Positions 1-8,826 of a stretch of DNA of 64,000 bases are shown in pieces. Source of the stretch: Patescibacteria group bacterium (lineage in GTDB: Bacteria > Patescibacteriota > Saccharimonadia > UBA4664); the NCBI GenBank assembly GCA_028288925.1, contig JAQGHG010000003.1, positions 30,500 through 94,499 of the forward strand. Reading direction: 5' to 3'. The translations under genes and the position numbers were made by a program. The notes under the pieces are model-generated. The model was not told where the DNA came from, did not search any database, and worked only from the letters and a program-made list of their open reading frames with translations. Position 1 is the first letter of the stretch, and each line of letters begins with the position of its first letter.

Positions 1-1
1 A

Positions 2-1456
2 CGGGTAGTACTTTTGGATTTCGGCCAAAACAGTCGTGTTGTAGGAACCATAAGGAGTCGCGAAGTCGTCGATCGCCAGGCCCGGGAACCAACCCTGCAG
101 CGCGGTCTGAGCGCCACCCAGCTCGGCGTCCATTTGGGCAACCGTGAGGGTCGCGAGGTCGGGGTGAGTAATGGTGTGCGAAGCGATCTCACTGCCCTGA
201 GCGGCAAATGCCTGCATCATCGCTACCGTCATGTAGTCGGGCGAGCTGGTCATACCGGTCAGCAGGTACTGCGTGGAGTGGATGCCGTACTGCGAGAGCA
301 GCGGCAGGCCGTTGGTGTAAATATTGGCCCAAGCGTCGTCAAAGGTGAAGCTCACCATGCCCGAGCTGAACCCGGCGGGAGTGTAAGCGCTCAAGGCGTA
401 GTCGTCGGTGGTCAGGCTGCCCTTGGCGGCCAAGATGTGGTAAATGGTCACCGCCGTGGCGCCGGCCGGAGCCGTGAACTGGGCGGAGTACTGGGCCCAG
501 CTGCTACTGGCCGATGCCTTGGAAAGCACCTCCCACTGAGCGCCGGCTACACCATTAACGGTGTAAGCTACATCTACTTCGGTATCAACATCGGACTGGT
601 ACCAGTCGCTAAACTGATACGTGCTGCCGGCCGTCACAGGAGCAGCCGTCTGGCCCCACTTGGCGTCGCCGCCGTTGGTCGCGTCGGGCGTGTAGTTGGC
701 GTAGCTCACCTTAATGGCACGGCCGGTGTGGCCGGGAACGGTAGGCTCGTAGCCAAAAGCCGCCACGTTGTTGCCCCAGGTGTCCTGGGTCCAGCCGGTC
801 GGCACGGCGCCATTGGCCGTCTCGACCGAAGGGTTGCTGATCAAGTTGATACCAGGAGTGGGGGTCGGGCTCGGACTGGGCGAAGGACTCGCTGATGGGC
901 TAGGGGTGGGTGAAGCTACGGACGAGCTAGTCACGCTATAGAAGGCCGTACCTTCGCTTACCCAGCCACTTAAATGCTGCACAGCGTTATCGCGCTCAGC
1001 CGCATTAGTGGTAAAGAGACGCTCGTGCGTCATCCAGTTTGCTAGACGATACACCGGCACAGCCGATGTGTTGGCGGCGGGGACAGTGTAGAAAGCCGTA
1101 CCCTCGCTCACCCAACCAGCCAAGTGCTGAGCGGCGTTGTCGCGCTCAGCTGCGCTAGTGGTAAAGAGACGCTCATGCGTCATCCAGTTCGCCAGGCGGT
1201 ACACCGGCACTGCTTGCGGCTCAGAGGCCTGCACGCTATCAAAGGCCGTACCCTCGCTTACCCAACCAGCCAAATGCTGCACAGCGTTATCCCGCTCGGC
1301 CGCATTAGTGGTAAAGAGACGCTCGTGCGTCATAAAGTTAGCCAGCCGGTACACCGGAACAGTGCTGGTAGCTGCCTGCGCCGGCATAATGCTCGACAAC
1401 ACGCTGAAAGTTAATAGTGATACTGCCGCCAGTGCTGCGGTAATGCGATGCTTCAT
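2..1456 (-). CDS. Secreted protein: 3 tandem DUF5648-like repeats + Ser/Pro linker + CBM-like domain + NodB-type polysaccharide deacetylase (3' end runs off window)
   Basis: Not in the ORF track because it has no stop in the window. Manual translation from ATG 1456 gives MKHRITAALAAVSLL (signal peptide), three VPVYRLAN.MTHERLFTT.AAERD repeats, an SPSPSP linker, then VSFTFDDA, EIASHTITHPDL and FATPYG (CE4 motifs). Confidence 0.85.
   Translation of the reverse strand, partial: MKHRITAALAAVSLLTFSVLSSIMPAQAATSTVPVYRLANFMTHERLFTTNAAERDNAVQHLAGWVSEGTAFDSVQASEPQAVPVYRLANWMTHERLFTTSAAERDNAAQHLAGWVSEGTAFYTVPAANTSAVPVYRLANWMTHERLFTTNAAERDNAVQHLSGWVSEGTAFYSVTSSSVASPTPSPSASPSPSPSPTPTPGINLISNPSVETANGAVPTGWTQDTWGNNVAAFGYEPTVPGHTGRAIKVSYANYTPDATNGGDAKWGQTAAPVTAGSTYQFSDWYQSDVDTEVDVAYTVNGVAGAQWEVLSKASASSSWAQYSAQFTAPAGATAVTIYHILAAKGSLTTDDYALSAYTPAGFSSGMVSFTFDDAWANIYTNGLPLLSQYGIHSTQYLLTGMTSSPDYMTVAMMQAFAAQGSEIASHTITHPDLATLTVAQMDAELGGAQTALQGWFPGLAIDDFATPYGSYNTTVLAEIQKYYP
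935..1365 (-). repeat. Three ~150 bp intragenic tandem repeats encoding the repeat domain
   Basis: The block tagtggtaaagagacgctc..gcgtcat recurs near 1005, 1155 and 1305. Confidence 0.9.
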
Positions 1457-1594
1457 AGTTTGGACCATTCGGGTTAAAAATAAAAAGAGGCATAATGCCT
1501 CCGTTTCGATCTTGCGATCGTATATCCAGACTATAGCACATTCGTACAGGGCAGTCAACAGTTTGAGTAACAATCTCCAGTCAGCGGGCTTAGA

Positions 1595-1623
1595 TTGACA
1601 AAACACCCATGAATATGTAGAGT
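1595..1623 (+). promoter_or_regulatory. Sigma70-type promoter for the YdcF-like gene
   Basis: TTGACA (1595-1600), 17 nt spacer, TAGAGT (1618-1623). Confidence 0.7.
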
Positions 1624-1675
1624 ACTCACGTCCTGCTCAACCCTCAACCAACCCTCAATCCAGGAGGTGGTTCGG

Positions 1676-2356
1676 GTGGAATCCCCGGATCTCAGCACGA
1701 CCGAAGAGATGTTCAACTACGTCTCGCAGGGCACCCCTGCTCCGCTCACTCCCACCGCTGTGGCCTTCACCTTCGGCCGCCTCGACCCGCTGGTACCGAA
1801 GAAGGCCGCCGAGCTCTACCGCAGGCGCCTCGTCTCCAAGGTGCTCTTCACGGGCGGTGTGGGCAAGGACTCGGGAGCTCTGGCCGAACACGGCATCCCC
1901 GAGGCCGTCTACTGCGCGATCGTCGCGAACACCCGGGGGGTCCTCTTCGAGGACATCCTCATCGAGAAGAAGGCCCACAACGGAGCCGAGAACTGCGAGT
2001 ATGGCCTGAAGACACTCCTTCATGCCCTTCCTCAGGCCACCCGCCTCACCGTGGTGAGCCACGCCCTCTCGGCGCGGCGGCTCACCGCCCAGCTCGAGAC
2101 GGCCGCTCGCCGAATCGAGAGGGAGTTCGACAAAATCCAGGTGGTCCCGACCGACTACGAACCCAACCCGCAGAACCTCGCAGACGTCAGGGAGGCGGCC
2201 GAGGAGCTCGCCCGTCTGGTCACGTGGCCGCACAAGCGCGGCGGCGACGGCTTCGTCTGGATCACCGGGCACCTGCAGACCCTGCCCGACCCCGTTCCGG
2301 CGCACCTCGTCGCGCTGGCCGAACGCATCCTCGGCAGGCAGCTCGTCGGGGCGTAA
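1676..2356 (+). CDS. YdcF/DUF218 family protein (high-GC cassette)
   Basis: Motifs VLFTGGVG, PEA, ILIEKKAHNGAEN and VVSHALSARR match the DUF218 pattern. AGGAGG at 1662-1667 precedes GTG 1676. Confidence 0.75.
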   Translation: MESPDLSTTEEMFNYVSQGTPAPLTPTAVAFTFGRLDPLVPKKAAELYRRRLVSKVLFTGGVGKDSGALAEHGIPEAVYCAIVANTRGVLFEDILIEKKAHNGAENCEYGLKTLLHALPQATRLTVVSHALSARRLTAQLETAARRIEREFDKIQVVPTDYEPNPQNLADVREAAEELARLVTWPHKRGGDGFVWITGHLQTLPDPVPAHLVALAERILGRQLVGA

Positions 2357-2380
2357 CCCGCGCCCCGTCCCATCCACCAC

Positions 2381-2407
2381 GACCCGGCGGGAAGTTCCCG
2401 CCGGGTC
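2381..2407. terminator. GC-rich hairpin between convergent genes
   Basis: Perfect 13-bp inverted repeat gacccggcgggaa / ttcccgccgggtc. Confidence 0.75.
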
Positions 2408-2417
2408 TTCCTACGTC

Positions 2418-2855
2418 TTAACCTTTTTGCGCGTCTTTGCCCGGTTCCGGATCAAAAAAAATATACTTCTTCCGGTACCAAAAGTTCCAAAAAAACGTCA
2501 CACAAATCGCGATCAACTTACCCACCAGCGGCATGGTCTTCATTACTTCCACCACAAACACCGTCACTGCCGTTTGCAATATCAGCCCGATCACACTAGC
2601 GAACACTACCAGCATAAATTCCTTGCGCGCCGCGTGTGGGCGGTGGTTGAACACAAACGCCTGACTCAAATACCAGTTCAAGATGATCGCGATGATCATA
2701 CTCACAGGTGTCGCGACCACGTAGGAAATTCCGGCCATCACCATGAGTTGGAAGGTCGCCACTTCCACGCCCACCAAGACCACCGCCATCGCCAAATACC
2801 GCCACAATTCCGGCGTCAAATGCCGGGCAACCAGCCTCTTAGTGAGGCTCAACAT
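2418..2855 (-). CDS. GtrA family membrane protein
   Basis: Four hydrophobic helices with NWYLSQAFVF and WNFWYRKKYIF motifs. Start moved to ATG 2855. Confidence 0.85.
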   Translation of the reverse strand: MLSLTKRLVARHLTPELWRYLAMAVVLVGVEVATFQLMVMAGISYVVATPVSMIIAIILNWYLSQAFVFNHRPHAARKEFMLVVFASVIGLILQTAVTVFVVEVMKTMPLVGKLIAICVTFFWNFWYRKKYIFFDPEPGKDAQKG

Positions 2856-3588
2856 GATGGCCCACGTACTTATCGAGCTCTTCCGGCGTGCCAAACGAGC
2901 CAAACTCGCCCACCGGCGCGGTCTGCACCTGGCCGCCTCCCTGCAAAATCATATTAAAGAGGGGAGAAATGTAGTATTCCTTCAGCTCCGCCGTTAACGG
3001 CTGGGCCAGGAGCTTATTGGCCGCATCCACAAACACCGATGCCCTACCAAAGTAGTAGGCGCCCCAGATAGCGCGGTTCGATATCGCCACCTTTTCGGCG
3101 GTGCGGATCGCAAAGCCCTGGTCATCTGTCTGCACGAAGCTATACCGCGGGTCGGTCGATTCAAACGTCAGCAGCCCAGCTGCGATATCAGCCTTTCCGC
3201 TCAGAGAATCCTCGACCATGTGGTTGTAGGCCTGGCTGGCAAACCAAAAGTCGCAGTCCATGAAGATCACGCCGTCGTCGGCCTCCAAGTGTGGCTCGGC
3301 CCGCAATGCATCGCGTGTAGCCCCGATCGGCTCCTCGTCGGTCATCACAATATTGGCCTCAGGTAGCTTCGCCTTGAGCTGCTTCTGCAGATCATACTGC
3401 TCGTCGTGCTCCTTACGGATGATGATGGTATAAGCCTTGGGCGCCTCAATCGCGTCAAAGCTGCTCAGAGCCTTCAGAAACATCGGCTGGCCGTCTACTT
3501 CGATTAACGGCTTGGGAGTCTTGTAGCCAATCTTGGCAAACCGCGAACCACGTCCCGCCATGGGCATTACGATATGGAGCCGTCTCAT
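2839..3588 (-). CDS. Sugar-phosphate nucleotidyltransferase-like protein
   Basis: N-terminal MPMAGRGSRF...PKPLI motif, a DCD motif, and FGTPEEL. Confidence 0.8.
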   Translation of the reverse strand: MRRLHIVMPMAGRGSRFAKIGYKTPKPLIEVDGQPMFLKALSSFDAIEAPKAYTIIIRKEHDEQYDLQKQLKAKLPEANIVMTDEEPIGATRDALRAEPHLEADDGVIFMDCDFWFASQAYNHMVEDSLSGKADIAAGLLTFESTDPRYSFVQTDDQGFAIRTAEKVAISNRAIWGAYYFGRASVFVDAANKLLAQPLTAELKEYYISPLFNMILQGGGQVQTAPVGEFGSFGTPEELDKYVGHHVEPH

Positions 3589-4374
3589 TTATGCTTTCTC
3601 CTTAATATAGGGGGATGATGTATACTTCCCGGCCGGCTGAGGGCTAAACTTGAGCGCGCCAAACCGCCACAGCAGTAATTGCTGGATCGCCCGCTTGCCT
3701 ACCGCCACATTGCGCGCGTTCGTCACTTGATCTTCTTCGGTCCACGTAATCGGCACGAACTTGAGCTTGGTATTCTTGCTGTAATAATCCAGCAGCAAGT
3801 CAAAATTAAACGTCATGCGGTCATCGAAGCCCAGGTACCGGTGATCGGCCAAATTCTTGAGCCGGAAGAGATTCAGGCCCGAGCCCAAATCCAGCGTGCG
3901 GTGGAAGGTGAGTAAGGTATACATCAGGTTAAACACCCGGTTGCCCCAAATGCGTTCCCAAGCATAGCCCCGAAGCGTCGAGCCGCGCATAAACCGCGAA
4001 CCCAATACGGCGCCCAGTTCGGGATCCTTCTCGGCGGCGTCCAATAGGTTGTTTAGCTCGGGCGCCTTGGCCTGGTCATCACCATGCAAGATCGCCACGT
4101 AGTCCGCGCCGATCTTCTCGCCGTACAGAAACGCCATCTTGTGTGACCCACCCAGGCCCAGGTTGACGTCGTTGCGTACCACCTTAATCTTAGAGTGGTC
4201 GAACGGTAGCTTCTTGAGCTCCGCTAGCGCGGCCGCACCCGTATCGTCTTTACCTTGGTCATCAATTACGATCACCTCTGTCACTCTTGCCAATAACTTC
4301 TCATCAAAGCCGGCCAGTACCCGGCCGATCTGTGGCGCACAATTGTACGACGGAATCGCCACTAAAACCTTCAT
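3589..4374 (-). CDS. Glycosyltransferase family 2 (DPM synthase-like)
   Basis: IPSYN, VIDD, NLGLGG, HGDDQ and GSRF motifs. Confidence 0.9.
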   Translation of the reverse strand: MKVLVAIPSYNCAPQIGRVLAGFDEKLLARVTEVIVIDDQGKDDTGAAALAELKKLPFDHSKIKVVRNDVNLGLGGSHKMAFLYGEKIGADYVAILHGDDQAKAPELNNLLDAAEKDPELGAVLGSRFMRGSTLRGYAWERIWGNRVFNLMYTLLTFHRTLDLGSGLNLFRLKNLADHRYLGFDDRMTFNFDLLLDYYSKNTKLKFVPITWTEEDQVTNARNVAVGKRAIQQLLLWRFGALKFSPQPAGKYTSSPYIKEKA

Positions 4375-4424
4375 AACTACTCCTTTGCTTGCCCCCTAGC
4401 TTAATACATCCCTTTTAAATGGAA

Positions 4425-4452
4425 CAGCCCACCCTCCGAAGAGGGTGGGCTG
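4425..4452 (-). terminator. 12-bp hairpin with cUUCGg tetraloop after IMPase-like gene
   Basis: On the minus strand: cagcccaccctc-ttcg-gagggtgggctg. Confidence 0.75.
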
Positions 4453-4501
4453 GCCGCTCGAGTGAGCGGCGGTTGTGGGCGAATGGGCCGGACGCGTTTC
4501 G

Positions 4502-5401
4502 TCAGCCGAAGGCGCGCATGATGGCTCCCCGGAGGAAGTCGAACCCGTCCCCCGTGCCGGCGGTGAGGAGGAAGTCGTAGCCGAAGGGATCGAGGGGGTC
4601 GCACTCGACGAGCCGGCGGTCGTCCGTGACGAGGAAGCCGGCGGCCATTCCGCCGGACCGAACCACATGGAGCGCCCCGGCGCAGTCGTACGGGCCACCC
4701 ATGGCCAGCGTGAGTGTGCCGGCCACGCCTGTCGGGGACGGGTGACCGAGCGTACTTCCGTCGGCACCCCTGGCATGATGCATGCCGTTGGAGCCGAAGC
4801 AGTTGATCTTCACCCGGCCGACCAGTTCGGAGACGAGGCGTTTGATGCCATCGTTGTCCCACACGAGCTTGGTGCCTCCATGGGCCCTGAACTCGCCGAG
4901 CAGGTCGATCAGGACGACGCCCTTCTCGAACGGCCCCTCCCAGACCCGGCAGGTCTTGGGCGGGCGGCCATCGACGAGCAGTGTGCAGTCGGTGGCGTCG
5001 GCCACCCAGATCCGGCCGGTGCCGGGATCGCCGATGACGGTGCAGACGATTTGCTTGTACCGCCGGTCGTACAGCGCGATGATCACGGTGCATGAGGCTA
5101 TGCCCAGCGCGAGGGCCAGCGTACCGTCGACCGGATCGATCAGTACGCAGTACCGCACCGATTCCTTGAGGCCCAGCCAGCCGGCCTCCTCGCGGAGGAT
5201 GGGCAGTCCGAGCGTCCTCAGCTCGTTGGTCGCGGCATCCTCGCTCGCGCGGTCTGCTGCGGTCACGACGGTCTGGTCGGCGGACTTGCGCCGGATGTCG
5301 TTCAGGTCGACAGCGCCGGTCTGGTACGGTCTGATGACGGCCATCGAGGCGCGAACGCCTTTGATGGCCTGCTGCCGGAAACCGGCAACGATGCTAGACA
5401 T
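4502..5401 (-). CDS. Inositol monophosphatase (FIG superfamily) protein, high-GC paralog
   Basis: VVTAADRASE, REE, IDPVDGT and YDCAGA motifs. Confidence 0.8.
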   Translation of the reverse strand: MSSIVAGFRQQAIKGVRASMAVIRPYQTGAVDLNDIRRKSADQTVVTAADRASEDAATNELRTLGLPILREEAGWLGLKESVRYCVLIDPVDGTLALALGIASCTVIIALYDRRYKQIVCTVIGDPGTGRIWVADATDCTLLVDGRPPKTCRVWEGPFEKGVVLIDLLGEFRAHGGTKLVWDNDGIKRLVSELVGRVKINCFGSNGMHHARGADGSTLGHPSPTGVAGTLTLAMGGPYDCAGALHVVRSGGMAAGFLVTDDRRLVECDPLDPFGYDFLLTAGTGDGFDFLRGAIMRAFG

Positions 5402-5491
5402 GCAGAATCAACTCCAGGGGTGTAGGAACGGGGGAGAGGAACAGGGGGCAGAACTGCTATACGATAACACAATCAACAAAAATTACAAGTC

Positions 5492-6421
5492 CTATGCAAA
5501 CGTCCGTACCAAAACCTCGCTCAAAGCCTCCAATGTCCGCTCATTGTTAGCTACCAAGAGCATGTCGTAAGCGGTGGGGTCGAGCGGATCACGCTGCTCC
5601 AACTGGCGCTGCTCGGTTACCCAAAACCCACGGGCCGCGCCGCCGGCCCTCAGCACCAAGAGAGCCCCGGCGCAGTCCCACCAGCTACCCATGCCCAGCG
5701 TCAATCCCGCTGCCACCCCAATGGTTGCATCGGTCGAATACGCCCCGTCCGCCACCATTGCCTGGTGAAAACCGTTGGAGCCATATGATTGAATAACTAC
5801 CTGGTCAAACAGCGCCTCGTACAGCTTCAAGCAGCCCTCTGCGCACAGCACCTGCTTGGTGCCCGAATGGGCCTTAAACGGCCGGAACTTATCAATCAGT
5901 ACCGTAGTAGTCCGGGAGAGCTCACCCGGCCAGGTCCGGCATTCCACTGTCTGCTGTGGCGTATCGGCAAGATCGCTTCCATGAACCAATCGCCGGCAGC
6001 CGGCGTTGTCGGCCACCCATACTCGTCCCGTCGCTGGGTGCCCAATCGCCGCGCCTACCAGCTGCCGTGCGTCACGCGAGTACAGCGCCACCATGGTGGT
6101 CGAAGTAGCGGTGCCGGTCGCGAACGATCGGGTGCCGTCGATCGGGTCAATGATTATAAAATACGGCGCATCAACCTGTTCGCCCGTCCAGCCGTCCTCT
6201 TCGCCCAAGATTGGCACGTTCGGCAGCGCGGCTCGCAGCATTGTCACCATCACGGCCTCACATGCATGATCAGCCTCAGTCACCAGCGAGGCATCTGCCT
6301 GCTTCATCTCTGAAGCGCTCACTATCTGGGCGCCCCGCTGATAAGCTGCGACAACCCGCATCGCCTCCAGTACCGCCTTGGGCGCAATCTCACCAAAGGT
6401 AGCAAGCGGCGATTCCCGCAA
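5492..6421 (-). CDS. Inositol monophosphatase (FIG superfamily) protein, second paralog
   Basis: LVTEADHACE, LGEE, IDPIDGTRSF and WDCAGA motifs. Clearly similar to 4502-5401. Confidence 0.85.
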   Translation of the reverse strand: MRESPLATFGEIAPKAVLEAMRVVAAYQRGAQIVSASEMKQADASLVTEADHACEAVMVTMLRAALPNVPILGEEDGWTGEQVDAPYFIIIDPIDGTRSFATGTATSTTMVALYSRDARQLVGAAIGHPATGRVWVADNAGCRRLVHGSDLADTPQQTVECRTWPGELSRTTTVLIDKFRPFKAHSGTKQVLCAEGCLKLYEALFDQVVIQSYGSNGFHQAMVADGAYSTDATIGVAAGLTLGMGSWWDCAGALLVLRAGGAARGFWVTEQRQLEQRDPLDPTAYDMLLVANNERTLEALSEVLVRTFA

Positions 6422-6427
6422 GGTAAC

Positions 6428-7297
6428 CTACCCGCGCCCTTCCAGCAGCCCCTTCAAATACTTCCCGTATCCACTTTTCACCAGCGGCGCCGCCAGCGCC
6501 TCCAATTGCTCATCAGTAATAAACTTCTCTCGCCAGGCCACTTCCTCGATACAACCAATCTTAAATGCCATACGCTCCTCGATGATCTGCACAAAGGTCG
6601 CCGCGTCCATCATCGATTGGAAGGTGCCGGTATCCAGCCAGGCCGTGCCGCGGTCCAGCAGCGACACTTTGAGGTTGCCCTGGCGCCGGTACGCGTCCAG
6701 TACTTCGGTGATCTCCACCTCGCCACGCGGGCTCGGCTTCACATTGCGGGCAATCTCCACAACATCGTTATCGGTAAAGTACAGCCCTGCGTTAGCGTAG
6801 TTCGATCTTGGCTTCTCCGGCTTCTCTTCGATCGAGATCACCTTCATGTCTTTATCAAACTCGTACACCCCATACCGCTCCGGGTCCTTCACCGGCGCGG
6901 CAAAACCTACTGCGCCGTCGATGTCGGTGTACTTCTTGAGCTTCTCGCCCATTTGCGTGCCGTAAAACAGGTTATCGCCCAAGATCATAGCGACTTTATC
7001 GTTGCCAATAAAGTCCGCTCCTACCAGATAAGCATCGGCCAATCCGCGCGGCTTCTCCTGCACCTTGTAGGTAAAGTTGCAGCCAATCTGCTCGCCGCTT
7101 CCCAGCAGCTCCTCGAACCGCGGCAGGTCCTTGGGCGTCGAGATGATCAGAACATCACGAATCCCCGCGCTCATCAGCGTACTCAGCGGATAGTAAATCA
7201 TCGGCTTGTCATACACCGGCACTAATTGCTTAATAACACCCTTGGTGATTGGATACAGACGCGTTCCCGAACCACCTGCCAGAATAATGCCTCTCAT
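6428..7297 (-). CDS. rmlA: Glucose-1-phosphate thymidylyltransferase
   Basis: MRGIILAGGSGTRLYP, KQLVPVYDKPMIYYPL and AWLDTGT motifs. Confidence 0.97.
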   Translation of the reverse strand: MRGIILAGGSGTRLYPITKGVIKQLVPVYDKPMIYYPLSTLMSAGIRDVLIISTPKDLPRFEELLGSGEQIGCNFTYKVQEKPRGLADAYLVGADFIGNDKVAMILGDNLFYGTQMGEKLKKYTDIDGAVGFAAPVKDPERYGVYEFDKDMKVISIEEKPEKPRSNYANAGLYFTDNDVVEIARNVKPSPRGEVEITEVLDAYRRQGNLKVSLLDRGTAWLDTGTFQSMMDAATFVQIIEERMAFKIGCIEEVAWREKFITDEQLEALAAPLVKSGYGKYLKGLLEGRG

Positions 7298-7336
7298 AAA
7301 AGAAAACCTACCTATCAATTACCGGTCCATGATAAC

Positions 7337-7370
7337 AGATGGGCCACCCGTAAGGATAGGCGGCCCATCT
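7337..7370. terminator. Hairpin after rmlD
   Basis: Inverted repeat agatgggcc...ggcccatct. Confidence 0.5.
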
Positions 7371-7373
7371 ACC

Positions 7374-8234
7374 TTACCGGGCGCGTGTCTCATTCTTAAT
7401 ATACTCAGCCAAATCCTGGCGCCAATCCCGCGGCTTCACGCCTTCGGCTTCAATCTTGCTCAGGTCCATCGCGCTCTGTAGCGGCCGGGGCGCCGCCTCG
7501 GGCTTGTCTTGGAAGTACTCTTTGGTACTAATGCCCGTCACGGTCAAATCGTCCCGCCCCAGCTCCCCAAATATGGCTCGGGTGATCTCTGCCCAATCCG
7601 CCGGCTCACCACCGTTTGATAAGTTATAAATACCATAACCACTCTTGGACTCCAGCAGCTTCTCGATCCCGTCCACCAGTGTCTTGGTGAACGTCAGCCG
7701 GCCCACCTGGTCGTTCACTACCTTGGGCGAAATGTTCTTCGCCGCCAGACCCATCATCGTGCGCACGAAGTTGGGCCCGTCGCCGATCAGCCAGCTCACC
7801 CGCGCTACATAGTGCTTGGGTACGGCGCCCACCACGATATCGCCCGCCGCCTTGGTCTGCGCGTATACCCCGAGCGGCGACACCGGCTCGTCCTCGGTGT
7901 GCGGAACTTTGGTGCCGTCGAAGACGTACTCGCTCGACACATGCACCATCGTCAGATCGCGCTTGGTCGCCACGCGCGCCAAGTTTGCCACCGCCTGAGC
8001 ATTAATCTGCCAAGCCGCCACCCGGCCTTCGGGCTTCTCAGCGCCGTCTACATTGGTATAAGCAGCCGCATTCAAGACCACGTCAACCTTCGACCAATCA
8101 AAGGCCTCCAGCGCGGCGGCGTTCGTAATATCCAGTCCGTCCCTATCTACCGCGATAGCTTTGGGAAAGCGCTCTTGCAAGGCCTTGCCCAGCTGCCCGT
8201 AGGCGCCGATTATCAGAAATCGCGATGAGTCCAC
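7374..8234 (-). CDS. rmlD: dTDP-4-dehydrorhamnose reductase
   Basis: GAYGQLG, NAAAYTNVD, SSEYVFDG and YAQTK motifs. Confidence 0.93.
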   Translation of the reverse strand: MDSSRFLIIGAYGQLGKALQERFPKAIAVDRDGLDITNAAALEAFDWSKVDVVLNAAAYTNVDGAEKPEGRVAAWQINAQAVANLARVATKRDLTMVHVSSEYVFDGTKVPHTEDEPVSPLGVYAQTKAAGDIVVGAVPKHYVARVSWLIGDGPNFVRTMMGLAAKNISPKVVNDQVGRLTFTKTLVDGIEKLLESKSGYGIYNLSNGGEPADWAEITRAIFGELGRDDLTVTGISTKEYFQDKPEAAPRPLQSAMDLSKIEAEGVKPRDWRQDLAEYIKNETRAR

Positions 8235-8801
8235 TTATACCTCCATCGGTTTAACGTCTTTGAGCACGGGGTGGTTGCGGTCTTTCTCGGACAAGATGGC
8301 TTCATCGAGCGGAATAGGCCATCGCACGTTGAGCGTCGGGTCGGCCAGGTTCACAAATGAATACTTCTCGTAGGCGTCCGGCGTCCAGTGCTTGTTAACG
8401 CTATACAAGTAATAAAGATCATCGGTCAGGCACTGGTACGAATTGCCTACGCCGGCCGGCACAAACACCGCTTTCTCGGGTGTCAGCTCCAGCGTCACCA
8501 GCTTGCCGAAGCTCTCGCCCTGGCGCAGGTCGGCGTACGCCACAAACGCCTTGCCGTTCACGACCGACACATACTTGTCCCATGGCTCGGCATGAAAGCC
8601 GCGCGTCACGCCCTTCTTATTGAAGGCCAAACTATTCTGGACCACATTAAAGGCTTCCGGCAGACCGGCGGCCACCAATTTGCCCTTGTGAAACTTCTCC
8701 TGAAAATAGCCCCGCTCATCGCCCACCAGGGTCACATCAAAAATCAACAAACCCGGAATATCTGTTTGGTGGCCGGTTACTTCGGTGGTTGGTACTGCCA
8801 T
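8235..8801 (-). CDS. rmlC: dTDP-4-dehydrorhamnose 3,5-epimerase
   Basis: DERGYFQE, GVTRGFHAEPWDK and LSEKD motifs. Confidence 0.93.
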   Translation of the reverse strand: MAVPTTEVTGHQTDIPGLLIFDVTLVGDERGYFQEKFHKGKLVAAGLPEAFNVVQNSLAFNKKGVTRGFHAEPWDKYVSVVNGKAFVAYADLRQGESFGKLVTLELTPEKAVFVPAGVGNSYQCLTDDLYYLYSVNKHWTPDAYEKYSFVNLADPTLNVRWPIPLDEAILSEKDRNHPVLKDVKPMEV

Positions 8802-8826
8802 TAGTTCTTCACTCCCTTAAGTATCG

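Noticed and set aside
14-895. 293 aa + strand ORF and many similar long antisense ORFs (e.g. 16405-17895, 45807-46784, 51055-52164)
   Set aside because: These are shadow frames of well-supported genes on the opposite strand, expected at this GC content.
935-1365. Repeats as a CRISPR array
   Set aside because: The ~150 bp units are in-frame protein repeats with no unique spacers, and there are no cas genes in the window.
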